Positions 21,290-31,362 of a stretch of 64,000 nt of DNA are shown one piece after another. The stretch lies in the sequence record ON528745; one strand, 5' to 3'. The notes beneath the pieces were generated by a model. That model searched no databases. It had not been told where the DNA came from and saw only the letters and a list, made by a program, of their open reading frames with translations. Within the stretch, counting starts at the first letter, position 1; each line of letters starts with the position of its first letter. The position numbers were made by a program, and so were the translations under genes. This stretch comes from Shigella phage ESH35.

Positions 21290-22749
21290 TTCTTAAAATT
21301 CTGAATGAAATAGCATCTATTGGTTCAACTAAGCAAAAGCAAGCAATTCTTGAAAAGAATAAAGATAATGAATTGCTCAAACGAGTATATCGTCTGACTT
21401 ATTCTCGTGGGTTACAGTATTATATCAAGAAATGGCCTAAACCTGGTATTGCTACCCAGAGTTTTGGAATGTTGACTCTTACCGATATGCTTGACTTCAT
21501 TGAATTCACATTAGCTACTCGGAAATTGACTGGAAATGCGGCAATTGAGGAATTAACTGGATATATTACTGACGGTAAAAAAGATGATGTTGAAGTTTTG
21601 CGTCGGGTGATGATGCGAGACCTTGAATGCGGTGCATCAGTATCTATTGCAAACAAAGTTTGGCCAGGTTTAATTCCTGAACAACCTCAAATGCTGGCAA
21701 GTTCTTATGATGAAAAAGGCATTAATAAGAATATCAAATTTCCAGCCTTTGCCCAATTAAAAGCTGATGGAGCTCGGTGCTTTGCTGAAGTCAGAGGTGA
21801 TGAATTAGATGATGTTCGTCTTTTATCACGAGCTGGTAATGAATATCTAGGATTAGATCTTCTCAAGGAAGAGTTAATCAAAATGACTGCAGAAGCTCGC
21901 CAGATTCATCCAGAAGGTGTGTTAATTGATGGCGAATTGGTATACCATGAGCAAGTTGAAAAGGAGCCAGAAGGCCTAGATTTTCTTTTTGATGCTTATC
22001 CTGAAATTAGTAAAGCTAAAGAATTCGCCGAAGTAGCTGAATCACGTACTACTTCTAATGGAATCGCTAATAAATCTTTAAAGGGAACTATTTCAGAAAA
22101 AGAAGCTCAATGCATGAAGTTTCAGGTCTGGGATTATGTTCCGTTGGTAGAAATATACGGTCTTCCGGCGTTTCGTTTAAAATATGATGTACGTTTTTCT
22201 AAACTAGAACAAATGACATCAGGCTATGATAAAGTAATTTTAATTGAAAACCAGATAGTAAATAACCTAGATGAAGCTAAGGTAATTTATAAAAAGTATA
22301 TTGACCAAGGTCTTGAAGGTATTATTCTTAAAAATATCGATGGATTATGGGAAAATGCTCGTTCAAAAAATCTTTATAAATTTAAAGAAGTAATTGATGT
22401 TGATTTAAAAATTGTAGGAATTTATCCTCACCGTAAAGACCCTACTAAAGCAGGTGGTTTCATTCTTGAATCAGAGTGTGGAAAAATTAAAGTAAATGCT
22501 GGTTCAGGCTTAAAAGATAAAGCCGGCGTAAAATCACATGAACTTGACCGTACTCGCATTATGGAAAACCAAAATTATTATATTGGAAAAATTCTAGAGT
22601 GCGAATGCAACGGCTGGGTAAAATTAGATGGACGTACTGATTACGTTAAGCTATTTCTTCCAATTGCAATTCGTTTACGTGAAGATAAAACTAAAGCTAA
22701 TACGTTCGAAGATGTATTTGGCGATTTTCATGAGGTAACTGGTTTATGA
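21286..22749 (+). CDS. 30: ATP-dependent DNA ligase
   Basis: 487-aa product with ligase adenylation motif KADGARC; same length as T4 gp30. Confidence 0.95.
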   Translation: MILKILNEIASIGSTKQKQAILEKNKDNELLKRVYRLTYSRGLQYYIKKWPKPGIATQSFGMLTLTDMLDFIEFTLATRKLTGNAAIEELTGYITDGKKDDVEVLRRVMMRDLECGASVSIANKVWPGLIPEQPQMLASSYDEKGINKNIKFPAFAQLKADGARCFAEVRGDELDDVRLLSRAGNEYLGLDLLKEELIKMTAEARQIHPEGVLIDGELVYHEQVEKEPEGLDFLFDAYPEISKAKEFAEVAESRTTSNGIANKSLKGTISEKEAQCMKFQVWDYVPLVEIYGLPAFRLKYDVRFSKLEQMTSGYDKVILIENQIVNNLDEAKVIYKKYIDQGLEGIILKNIDGLWENARSKNLYKFKEVIDVDLKIVGIYPHRKDPTKAGGFILESECGKIKVNAGSGLKDKAGVKSHELDRTRIMENQNYYIGKILECECNGWVKLDGRTDYVKLFLPIAIRLREDKTKANTFEDVFGDFHEVTGL

Positions 22750-22931
22750 AAGCTTACTTAGAAACAATTGTCGTGGCTCAAAAAGAAGGTGGAGATGTTT
22801 CCACTGCGGTATCGCAGGTTATTCTTGAATTCCCAGATAAACTAGCATATGATGAATTCACGGAAAGATTTGATCCATATGAAAAAGGTCCAAAGTTTGA
22901 AGTATATCGTACTCTTTTAGCTCTCTATTAA
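22746..22931 (+). CDS. Hypothetical small protein (61 aa)
   Basis: ORF overlapping the ligase stop; followed by a terminator hairpin. Confidence 0.45.
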   Translation: MKAYLETIVVAQKEGGDVSTAVSQVILEFPDKLAYDEFTERFDPYEKGPKFEVYRTLLALY

Positions 22932-22933
22932 TT

Positions 22934-22956
22934 AAAGGCCTTCGGGCCTTTAATTT
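22934..22956 (+). terminator. Terminator hairpin between ligase operon and alt
   Basis: AAAGGCC-TTCG-GGCCTTT followed by AATTTT. Confidence 0.6.
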
Positions 22957-22964
22957 TATAAATA
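22957..22964 (+). promoter_or_regulatory. T4 late promoter (TATAAATA) for alt
   Basis: Exact TATAAATA 24 nt upstream of the alt start. Confidence 0.6.
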
Positions 22965-22987
22965 GAATAAACACTAGAGAGGATAAC

Positions 22988-25081
22988 ATGGAACTTATTA
23001 CAGAATTATTTGACGAAGATACTACTCTTCCGATTACAAACTTAAATCCAAAGAAGAAAATACCACAAATTTTTTCAGTTCATGTTGATGATGCAATTGA
23101 ACAACCAGGCTTTCGTTTATGTACCTATACATCTGGAGGTGATACTAATCGCGATTTAAAGATGGGCGATAAAATGATGCATATTGTTCCTTTTACATTA
23201 ACTGCTAAAGGCTCAATTGCTAAATTAAAAGGTCTTGGTCCAAGCCCAATTAATTATATCAATTCAGTTTTTACTGTTGCAATGCAAACGATGCGTCAAT
23301 ATAAAATTGATGCCTGCATGCTTCGTATTCTTAAGTCTAAAACTGCTGGCCAAGCTCGACAAATTCAAGTTATTGCTGATAGACTTATCCGTAGTCGTTC
23401 AGGTGGCAGATACGTCCTTCTTAAGGAACTCTGGGATTACGATAAAAAGTATGCATATATTCTTATACATCGCAAAAATGTATCATTAGAAGACATTCCA
23501 GGAGTTCCAGAAATTAGCACTGAACTCTTTACTAAAGTTGAATCGAAGGTCGGTGATGTTTATATCAATAAAGATACTGGAGCTCAAGTAACTAAAAATG
23601 AAGCAATTGCAGCATCTATTGCGCAAGAAAATGATAAACGTTCTGACCAAGCCGTAATCGTTAAAGTTAAAATTTCCCGTAGAGCAATTGCACAAAGTCA
23701 GTCATTGGAATCTTCTAGATTTGAAAGTGAATTATTCCAGAAGTATGAATCTACAGCAGCTAATTTTAATAAACCAGCTACTGCACCTTTAATTCCCGAA
23801 GCAGAAGAAATGAAAATTGGAATTAATTCATTAGCTTCTAAAACAAAGGCAGCAAAAATTATTGCTGAAGGAACGGCAGATGAACTTCACTATGATTATA
23901 AATTCTTTCCAATGAGTCAAGTCGGTGAAGTTTCAGAAAAAATTAAAGAAGTAATTTTTAATGCAATTAAAAATGAACCAACTACTTCAATAAAATGTTT
24001 AGAGAAATACGCAGCAGCTGTAAATCAATTCTTTGAAGATTATAAAGATAAATGGCTTGCTAATCATAATAAAAATCGTAAAGGACAACCAGATGAAGTC
24101 TGGGAAGAAATAACTAAAAATTCCTGGAACGCAGCAAAAACTAAATTCCTCAAACGAATGATTTACAGTTTTTCTGGAATTGGTGCTGGTCCAATGATTG
24201 ATATTACTATTGCCCGCGATGGTTCTAAATATACTCCATCACAAAAGCGTGGCATTAGAGAATATTGCGGTTCAGGATATACTGACATCAATAATCTTCT
24301 TTTAGGTCGTTACAATCCAGAACGATATGATGTAATGAGTGAAAAAGAAATTGAATCTGCTATAAATAACTTAGATTCAGCTTTTGAAAATGGTGACCGT
24401 ATACCAGAAGGCATTACAGTTTATCGTGCTCAAAGTATGACTGCTCCTATATATGAAGCGTTAGTTAAAAATAAAGTGTTCTACTTCAGAAATTTTGTAT
24501 CTACTTCTTTAACTCCTATCATTTTTGGACGTTTTGGAATCACACATGCTGGTATTGGTCTTTTAGAACCAGAAGCTCGCAATGAATTAACAGTTGATAA
24601 AAATGAAGAAGGAATAACTATTAATCCAAACGAAATAAGAGCGTATAAAGAAAATCCTGAATACGTTAAAGTTCAAATAGGATGGGCAATTGATGGAGCT
24701 CATAAAGTTAATGTTGTATATCCAGGAAGTCTCGGAATAGCAACAGAAGCTGAAGTTATTCTACCGCGTGGATTGATGGTCAAAGTTAATAAAATAACTG
24801 ATGCTTCTAATAATGACGGAACAACATCTAATAATACAAAACTCATTCAAGCTGAAGTTATGACCACGGAAGAGCTCACCGAATCGGTAATCTATGACGG
24901 AGACCATTTAATGGAAACCGGTGAAGTAGTTGCAATGACAGGTGATACTGAAATAGAAGACAGAGTTGACTTTGCATCATTTGTTTCATCAAACGTTAAA
25001 CAGAAAGTAGAATCATCTCTTGGAATTATTGCGTCTTGCATAGATATTACAAACATGCCTTACAAGTTCGTTCAAGGATAA
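22988..25081 (+). CDS. alt: Alt-like NAD-protein ADP-ribosyltransferase (virion-packaged type), copy 1
   Basis: 697-aa product starting MELITELFD; ART R/STS/ExE motifs (VYRAQ, FVSTSLTP, ATEAEVILPRG); late promoter TATAAATA just upstream. Confidence 0.85.
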   Translation: MELITELFDEDTTLPITNLNPKKKIPQIFSVHVDDAIEQPGFRLCTYTSGGDTNRDLKMGDKMMHIVPFTLTAKGSIAKLKGLGPSPINYINSVFTVAMQTMRQYKIDACMLRILKSKTAGQARQIQVIADRLIRSRSGGRYVLLKELWDYDKKYAYILIHRKNVSLEDIPGVPEISTELFTKVESKVGDVYINKDTGAQVTKNEAIAASIAQENDKRSDQAVIVKVKISRRAIAQSQSLESSRFESELFQKYESTAANFNKPATAPLIPEAEEMKIGINSLASKTKAAKIIAEGTADELHYDYKFFPMSQVGEVSEKIKEVIFNAIKNEPTTSIKCLEKYAAAVNQFFEDYKDKWLANHNKNRKGQPDEVWEEITKNSWNAAKTKFLKRMIYSFSGIGAGPMIDITIARDGSKYTPSQKRGIREYCGSGYTDINNLLLGRYNPERYDVMSEKEIESAINNLDSAFENGDRIPEGITVYRAQSMTAPIYEALVKNKVFYFRNFVSTSLTPIIFGRFGITHAGIGLLEPEARNELTVDKNEEGITINPNEIRAYKENPEYVKVQIGWAIDGAHKVNVVYPGSLGIATEAEVILPRGLMVKVNKITDASNNDGTTSNNTKLIQAEVMTTEELTESVIYDGDHLMETGEVVAMTGDTEIEDRVDFASFVSSNVKQKVESSLGIIASCIDITNMPYKFVQG

Positions 25082-25084
25082 ATC

Positions 25085-27142
25085 ATGGAACTTATTACAG
25101 AATTATTTGACGGCGCTTCGGCGCCGGTTGTTAACTTAAATCCTAAGCATAAAATACCACAAATTTTTGCTATTCAAGCCGGTGAAGAAAGCGTGCTTCC
25201 TGGATTTAGATTTTGTACATACACCTCTGGCGGTGATACGAATAAAAACGTTAAGCCAGGCGACAAAATGATGCATATCGTAATGATAGGCGTCAACGAG
25301 AAATTATCGTTAGTTAAGCTTAAAAACTTGGGTGGAAATCCAATTGGCGTCATTAATGCGGTTTTTGATACTGCTCTTCAAACAATGAAACAGTATAAAA
25401 TTGATGCATGCCTATTCCGCGTACTAAAAAGTAAAACAAATGGCGCTGCTCGTCAAATGCAAGTTATTGCTGACCGTTTAGTACGTACTAAAGGAGCAGG
25501 TCGATATGTTCTTTTAAAGGAAATCTGGGACTATGATAAGAAATACGCATATATTATGGTTTACCGTAAAAATGCCAATTTAGAAGACATTCCAGGTGTA
25601 CCTCCTATTTCAACTGAGTTATTCACAAAAGTTGAATCAAAGGTTGGTGATGTTTATGTAGACGTTAAAACAGGTAATGCTGTTCCTAAAGCTGTCGCAG
25701 TTGCTGCTTCTATTGCTTTAGAAAATGATAAGCGTACGGATCAAGCTGTTATTCAGAAAACTAAAATTAGTCGTCGATTAGCAGCACAAGCTCAATATTC
25801 TACTGTTGATGCTTCACTTCAGGGTGATAGCTTCGCTGCTAAGAAATATCAAGAGTTTGAATCTAAAGTTCCGGTATATAAAGCAGAAGGACCAATGAAC
25901 TCTGGCGTTATTCAGATTGGTTCAAACTTCAGCAAAGGAGCTATCGGTGGTATGAGAAGTGCTTCTCGTTTTAAATCTAACGATTATGAACTAGAAAGCT
26001 TCCGAAATCATATTGCATTAGCCCATGCACGTTTACGTGATCCATCTATCAAGTTGCAGAGCGATATAACATATCAAAGTTCTCAAGAATATTTAAAGAA
26101 TAAAGAATTTTTTGATTATAAAACTGATAAAATTTTAAGCGATCTTGCTGACATTAATATTTCTAATAGCTTTGATGTTATTAAGAAAATTGTCAATGAT
26201 TTAGTTAAAGGTTCTAAAGCTACGCCAGATGAAAAGACAGCTATTATTCAATTTGTCATGAATGGCATTTATAAATTAATTGATGAATCCGCTGCTCAGG
26301 CGTATGAATATGCAAGCACTGAAGTAACTCCAAAAGGATTGACTCAGGCTGAGTCTGATGTAATTGAAGATTATTGCGCAGATTCGTATGTTGAAATGAA
26401 CTCATTCCTTTTAGGTAAACCTGATTCTACACGTGAAGAATACATGGAGCGCGCTATTAAGCACATCGAGACTATGGATTCTGCGTTTGCTAAAGGTTCA
26501 GTTCTTCCTCCGGGAACTACACTTTACCGTGGCCAAGAAGTTACTTTTAAAACTTTACGTCATAATATAGAAAATAAAATGTTCTATTTCAAGAACTTTG
26601 TATCTACTTCACTCAAGCCAAATATCTTCGGTGAATATGGTAAAAATTATATGGCTTTAGATGACGCTGGAACAGTATTTTCTGGTGAAGGAGAAGGTTC
26701 AGTTGATGCTGAAGATTTAATGCATATGGGTAGTCATTCTACATATGCGAATGAAGACGCTGAAACTAATGTAGGTATGGTAATTAAAGGAGCTGAACGA
26801 GTTAAAGTTATCGTTCCAGGTCATTTATCAGGATTTCCATCCGAAGCTGAAGTTATTTTGCCGCGTGGAATTTTACTGAAGATTAATAAAGTAAGTACGT
26901 ACATGATGAAAGAAACCGCTTATAATAAGTATCTAATTGAAGGCACGATTGTTCCTCCTTCTGAACAATTAGAGGAATCGGTATATGATGGTGACCATTT
27001 GATGGAAACCGGAGAAGTTCGTCCAATGGCTGGATTTAATCAATTCCTTGTAGAAGAATCAAAAGAAGAGGAAAGCGAAGTTTCTCAAATCTTAGCTTCT
27101 TTGGTTAACATCAACGGAATGTCTAAAAAGTTCAAAATGTAG
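25085..27142 (+). CDS. Alt-like ADP-ribosyltransferase paralog, copy 2
   Basis: 685-aa product also starting MELITELFD; ART motifs (LYRGQ, FVSTSLKP, PSEAEVILPRG); N- and C-terminal regions similar to copy 1, central region divergent. Confidence 0.8.
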   Translation: MELITELFDGASAPVVNLNPKHKIPQIFAIQAGEESVLPGFRFCTYTSGGDTNKNVKPGDKMMHIVMIGVNEKLSLVKLKNLGGNPIGVINAVFDTALQTMKQYKIDACLFRVLKSKTNGAARQMQVIADRLVRTKGAGRYVLLKEIWDYDKKYAYIMVYRKNANLEDIPGVPPISTELFTKVESKVGDVYVDVKTGNAVPKAVAVAASIALENDKRTDQAVIQKTKISRRLAAQAQYSTVDASLQGDSFAAKKYQEFESKVPVYKAEGPMNSGVIQIGSNFSKGAIGGMRSASRFKSNDYELESFRNHIALAHARLRDPSIKLQSDITYQSSQEYLKNKEFFDYKTDKILSDLADINISNSFDVIKKIVNDLVKGSKATPDEKTAIIQFVMNGIYKLIDESAAQAYEYASTEVTPKGLTQAESDVIEDYCADSYVEMNSFLLGKPDSTREEYMERAIKHIETMDSAFAKGSVLPPGTTLYRGQEVTFKTLRHNIENKMFYFKNFVSTSLKPNIFGEYGKNYMALDDAGTVFSGEGEGSVDAEDLMHMGSHSTYANEDAETNVGMVIKGAERVKVIVPGHLSGFPSEAEVILPRGILLKINKVSTYMMKETAYNKYLIEGTIVPPSEQLEESVYDGDHLMETGEVRPMAGFNQFLVEESKEEESEVSQILASLVNINGMSKKFKM

Positions 27143-27171
27143 TTTACAAGTCCCTCGTGTTGTGTTATAGT
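27142..27171 (+). promoter_or_regulatory. T4 early-type promoter (repeat copy B)
   Basis: GTTTACA, 17-nt spacer, TATAGT. Confidence 0.6.
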
Positions 27172-27195
27172 AGTTTTACTGACATAACATGAGGA
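27142..27195 (+). repeat. 54-bp promoter/SD-sequestering hairpin module, copy B
   Basis: Near-identical to 11855-11908. Confidence 0.85.
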
Positions 27196-27202
27196 ACACA
27201 AA

Positions 27203-27493
27203 ATGAAATCTTCTTTGCGCTTTTTAGGTCAAGAACTCGTCGTTGAGGGCGTTATTCCCGCTGATAACGCTTTCAATGAAGCAGTTTATGATGAATTTAT
27301 TAAAATTTTCGGAACCGATAAAAAGTTTGGAATTTTTCCTTCTGAAAATTTTTCAAAGCCAGAACAGACTGAAAGTATTTTCCAAGGTGTAGTAACAGGT
27401 AAATTTGAGTCAGAAGCTCCGGTAAAAATTGAGGTTTATATTGAAGAAACCTCTGTTGCTTCAGTTGCTGCTTTTATTTCATTTCGTAAATAA
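27203..27493 (+). CDS. Hypothetical protein (96 aa)
   Basis: ORF with GAGGAA RBS downstream of the repeated early promoter/hairpin module. Confidence 0.5.
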   Translation: MKSSLRFLGQELVVEGVIPADNAFNEAVYDEFIKIFGTDKKFGIFPSENFSKPEQTESIFQGVVTGKFESEAPVKIEVYIEETSVASVAAFISFRK

Positions 27494-27499
27494 AAATAT

Positions 27500-27517
27500 G
27501 GGGACCTTTCGGTCCCC
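27500..27517. terminator. Bidirectional terminator hairpin between convergent operons
   Basis: GGGGACC-TTTC-GGTCCCC flanked by A-rich and T-rich tracts. Confidence 0.65.
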
Positions 27518-27521
27518 ATTG

Positions 27522-28487
27522 TTATATTGCTCCTAATATTTTACTTTGCGAATTGACAATTCCTGTCATAGTATTAATATTTGAAATGCTTCCTGCAGTT
27601 CCCCCTAATCTACTAAGTCGTGAAAGCGAATTAGATAGTCCAGTAACACCTCCACTATTTCCGAGAACGCTTTGAATACCATTTATAGTAGCAGATTCAA
27701 GCCATTCAAGGGCAGCTTGTCTATCAACTGCTCCAGCCTGCATCACTCTATACGCAAAAGTAACGTCAAATGTAGTTATTTGGTTATCTCCATCATATGA
27801 TAACTCAGGAGCGCTCACTGATATTGGAATGCATCCAGTGAACATCACCGCAGTATGAGGTAATCCATTGCGAGAATGAAGATTAACCTGAATATCTGCC
27901 TCGACATCTTGCGGCAAAGCACGCAATCCAGTTACTGGGTCTTGAACAGCGTTAACCCAGTCTTGCATTGCACGATAGTTACAAGCTTCTGAATCCATTC
28001 TGAATGAAATAACCAAAGGGTCTAATTCTCTTCCAGTTATACGAATATTAGGAGAATTATAGTTCCAGTCAGTTTCATAGGATAATCTATTCTCTGGCAT
28101 TTTTACAGAATATATCATCAATCCAGATGAGTTATATGCCATGTTAAAGAAGTCAATTAAATATGTACCAACTGTAAATGAGCCTAATAAACTCTGAACA
28201 GTACGCTGACTCATAGCGCCAATAAGATATTTACTGACTCCCGATTTTCTTATTAGTTTTTGTGTGCCAGCGGTAATTAGCGTGGTAATTCCCTGATTAA
28301 TATCACCTTGAGTTAATCCCAACCAATCTGAATTTAGACCCAAGTTATTATAAGCAAAGTTACTAATTGAGCTTATTAACGATGAGCTTTTAGTTGATGG
28401 AGTTGTAGCAAAAACACAGCTGAACATATTATTACGTTGGAAGTCTGCGTTTATTGCTTGATTATTAAATTCCTCTAAAGAATACAT
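27522..28487 (-). CDS. 54: Baseplate tail tube initiator gp54
   Basis: 321-aa product MYSLEEFNNQAINADFQRNNMF...; matches T4 gp54 in sequence and length. Confidence 0.9.
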   Translation of the reverse strand: MYSLEEFNNQAINADFQRNNMFSCVFATTPSTKSSSLISSISNFAYNNLGLNSDWLGLTQGDINQGITTLITAGTQKLIRKSGVSKYLIGAMSQRTVQSLLGSFTVGTYLIDFFNMAYNSSGLMIYSVKMPENRLSYETDWNYNSPNIRITGRELDPLVISFRMDSEACNYRAMQDWVNAVQDPVTGLRALPQDVEADIQVNLHSRNGLPHTAVMFTGCIPISVSAPELSYDGDNQITTFDVTFAYRVMQAGAVDRQAALEWLESATINGIQSVLGNSGGVTGLSNSLSRLSRLGGTAGSISNINTMTGIVNSQSKILGAI

Positions 28488-29581
28488 TAGAAAGTCCCCG
28501 TATATAAAGAAGCACGGTTTAACGTAATAATCTCTCTCATAGTAATCTCGAGTGTAAAAGAACTTGGAAGGTTAGGAGCAATAGCTAATCCATTAAAGTT
28601 ACCATTTGGTGTTTTATCAAATCTAATACTCTGTATTTGGCATGGACCGAATACTTCAGTCTTTCCATCAAATTTAGAAGTTGCACCAAAGTTTTTCACC
28701 ATCCAAATTGTCGGGTTTGAAACTACAAGAACGTTCGTTAAACTCGATGTCATTTTTTCAAATAACGTCTTGTTTTTAATCGCGTCTTCTGGCGTTAATG
28801 GTTCAATAAATGTAGAACGATACCACTCATCTAAATATCCTTTTATTTCAGCAGCATATTGAGATTTACCAGTTTCACCGTAAGAAAAATAGTTAAAATA
28901 CTGATAGATATTAATAATAGCCATTAAATCTTCTGTTGAGCGCGGAGTTAAATCCCAAGTGAACACTTTAGTTCTATTTTCAGCACCGCCGTACATGCTT
29001 CTGGCTGTTGTATAGATCTGTTCATTATTATCAGCCATTATACCTTGTGTTATACTTTCCAACGCTCCAAATACTGCGGTTGAAGCCATATTGCTTAGAA
29101 CACCAGTAGCAGTACCTCCGCCTTTTGTAATAAGACTATCTTGAACATCATTAAATCTATGTGATGACGTATCGACGTCAGATTTAGATCTAGGTAAAAG
29201 AATATTTGCAACAGGAACTTTACTTATTGTTCCTGAATTATTATCTGATATTAGTCCATTTGATAGTTTTGATACTGTATTACTGATAGTGTTTCTGGCT
29301 GTACGTAAAATACTCGAAGATGAAGAAGAGTAGTTAGATCTCATCGTTCTAAGACTTCCAGAATCCCTAGATGACATATTGTATGCAGTAAATAATAATC
29401 CATTCTTATATAGATCTGTTACCTGGAAGTCCCCTGTAGTGTCATTACCACTAGCACGCCCAGTTGGAAACTGGGCTGTGTATGTTTTAGTTCCTACTTC
29501 TGATTTAGTACTCTGTCCGGCTGAAATTGTTTCACCGGACTTTTTAATTAAATCAGCAGTTATTTCTTTAACAATTGCCAT
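28487..29581 (-). CDS. 48: Baseplate tail tube cap gp48
   Basis: 364-aa product MAIVKEITADLIKKSGE...; T4 gp48 length and synteny. Confidence 0.9.
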   Translation of the reverse strand: MAIVKEITADLIKKSGETISAGQSTKSEVGTKTYTAQFPTGRASGNDTTGDFQVTDLYKNGLLFTAYNMSSRDSGSLRTMRSNYSSSSSSILRTARNTISNTVSKLSNGLISDNNSGTISKVPVANILLPRSKSDVDTSSHRFNDVQDSLITKGGGTATGVLSNMASTAVFGALESITQGIMADNNEQIYTTARSMYGGAENRTKVFTWDLTPRSTEDLMAIINIYQYFNYFSYGETGKSQYAAEIKGYLDEWYRSTFIEPLTPEDAIKNKTLFEKMTSSLTNVLVVSNPTIWMVKNFGATSKFDGKTEVFGPCQIQSIRFDKTPNGNFNGLAIAPNLPSSFTLEITMREIITLNRASLYTGTF

Positions 29582-29589
29582 ATTATTCC

Positions 29590-31362
29590 TTAATTAACTC
29601 CCGTCGCACCAAATACACCAGGAGCAGTTGTGCTTGTGACAGGTGTCATATTATGAACGACAGTATTTTTCTTAATAACATTATTAGTATTATTGATTGA
29701 AGGAGATGCTTGTTGAACAGGAGCTTGTTGCGCTTTGTTCTTTTCAATCACCTGGACCTGTTTTGCTTCTGGTGATTTAGCAGAAGTTTCAGGTTTTGCT
29801 TCAGGTTGATTTTTCTTGAGCTCTTGATAAGTGGCATCAATTTTAGCAAATCTAGAAGCAAGTTCTTTTTTAACCGCTGGTGAATTATTTAAATCCGGAT
29901 CATTCATTCGTTTTTTAAGGTCTTCATGAGCGGCTTCAATTGATTTAACTGTCGAGTCTTTGCTCATATCAGCTGAATCAGCGTATTTTTCAAAACGAAT
30001 CATCGCAGCACGAGCTTCATTAGCTTTCATTAAAGCATTTTTTCTTTCTTCCGGTGAAAGTTGTTTTAATTTTTCTTCTTCTGCTGCACGTTCTTCGTCA
30101 GTAGTCAATGCTTCTTTATTATCTACACCACGAATCCAGTTAGATGCACGAGTTTTCCAATTCGCAATTTTGTCTAATCCTTTTGCTATTGGGCCAAGAT
30201 CATCATTCATTCGTTTATCTTGATAATTTGCTACTTTTTCTTGGTCTTCTTTATTAAGAGATGCTCCAGTAGAATTTTGAAAATTTTCTAATGCTCTTCC
30301 TTCTACTTCATCAGCAGTATCCTTCATGCCAGGAATAACTCGAAGAATTGCTGCAGATAATTTAGCCATACCTAATTGAATAAGCTCTCCTAAATTATAA
30401 AGAACACTTCCAAGCCCTTCAACAATAGCTGCTGTTAATCCGCCCCAATCTCCAGCTTCCCAAAGTTGTTTAATTTTATCAATAGAATCAAAGATGCTCT
30501 GTAATAAAGGACCCCATGTTCCGGTTTCGCTAGAGAATTTAGTAAAATCAGTACCAAATAAATCCCAGGCTTTTGAAAATTTATCTGACCAGTATTTAAA
30601 ATGAACCATCAGCAGGTCTATTCCAATAACAACAGCCATTATCAATGCAACCATTTTAGCAGCTTCAATAGCAGCACTGACGGTATACTTAAATAGCATA
30701 CTAGATATTTTATCAGTAATTGAAATAGATTTCTTAAATCCGAAATCAACTGTCTTTGTTAATTTATCTAATGCATTAGATATTTTTAAGTTAAATGCGT
30801 CTCTTTTTTGCTTCTCTTCTGGAGACTCTTGTTTTGGTTCAATTGGCTGAGGAGTAGGGAAAAAATCAGCATCAGGATCATTATTAACTGCTTCAGGAGC
30901 CGGTAATAAAGGACCCACAGATTCAGCTGTATCATCCTCGACGACTTTAACAGGAATAGCATTTTCGACTACTGCTAAACTCGTTCCAGTTTGCTGAATT
31001 CCAGCTGTCTGAATTTTTTGTTCCAGTAAACTTGTTAATTTATCTAATTTGCTTCCGAGCGATTCACCGATTTCTTTATTAATATTGTTGCCAATTTCAA
31101 CAGTTTCAGCAATTAACTCAGAACCGGCAGTAGTATCACTTACTGCGCTTTCAACGTTATCAATTGCTCCAACTATTTCATTCGATTTTTCTTCGACAGT
31201 TTGAGCTATTAATTCAGAGGCAGCTTGAGCATCATCCAATTTCGTAGATATGTCATTAAGTCCAGATAAAGTGTTAGAAGCGGATTTAGCCGCTTCCTGT
31301 GTTGGTTTATTATCTGAAATAACTTTTCTACGCATCGTTTGCATTTCTTGTGGCTTTTTCAT
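29590..31362 (-). CDS. 29: Tail length tape-measure / baseplate hub protein gp29
   Basis: 590-aa product, Ala/Gln-rich with central hydrophobic segment; T4 gp29 length and synteny. Confidence 0.9.
   Translation of the reverse strand: MKKPQEMQTMRRKVISDNKPTQEAAKSASNTLSGLNDISTKLDDAQAASELIAQTVEEKSNEIVGAIDNVESAVSDTTAGSELIAETVEIGNNINKEIGESLGSKLDKLTSLLEQKIQTAGIQQTGTSLAVVENAIPVKVVEDDTAESVGPLLPAPEAVNNDPDADFFPTPQPIEPKQESPEEKQKRDAFNLKISNALDKLTKTVDFGFKKSISITDKISSMLFKYTVSAAIEAAKMVALIMAVVIGIDLLMVHFKYWSDKFSKAWDLFGTDFTKFSSETGTWGPLLQSIFDSIDKIKQLWEAGDWGGLTAAIVEGLGSVLYNLGELIQLGMAKLSAAILRVIPGMKDTADEVEGRALENFQNSTGASLNKEDQEKVANYQDKRMNDDLGPIAKGLDKIANWKTRASNWIRGVDNKEALTTDEERAAEEEKLKQLSPEERKNALMKANEARAAMIRFEKYADSADMSKDSTVKSIEAAHEDLKKRMNDPDLNNSPAVKKELASRFAKIDATYQELKKNQPEAKPETSAKSPEAKQVQVIEKNKAQQAPVQQASPSINNTNNVIKKNTVVHNMTPVTSTTAPGVFGATGVN

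Noticed and set aside
23235-23695. ORFs 23235-23489 (+) and 23486-23695 (-) inside the first Alt-like gene
   Set aside because: They lie fully within a well-supported 697-aa gene in alternative frames or on the opposite strand, have no RBS, and have low-complexity products; judged shadow ORFs.
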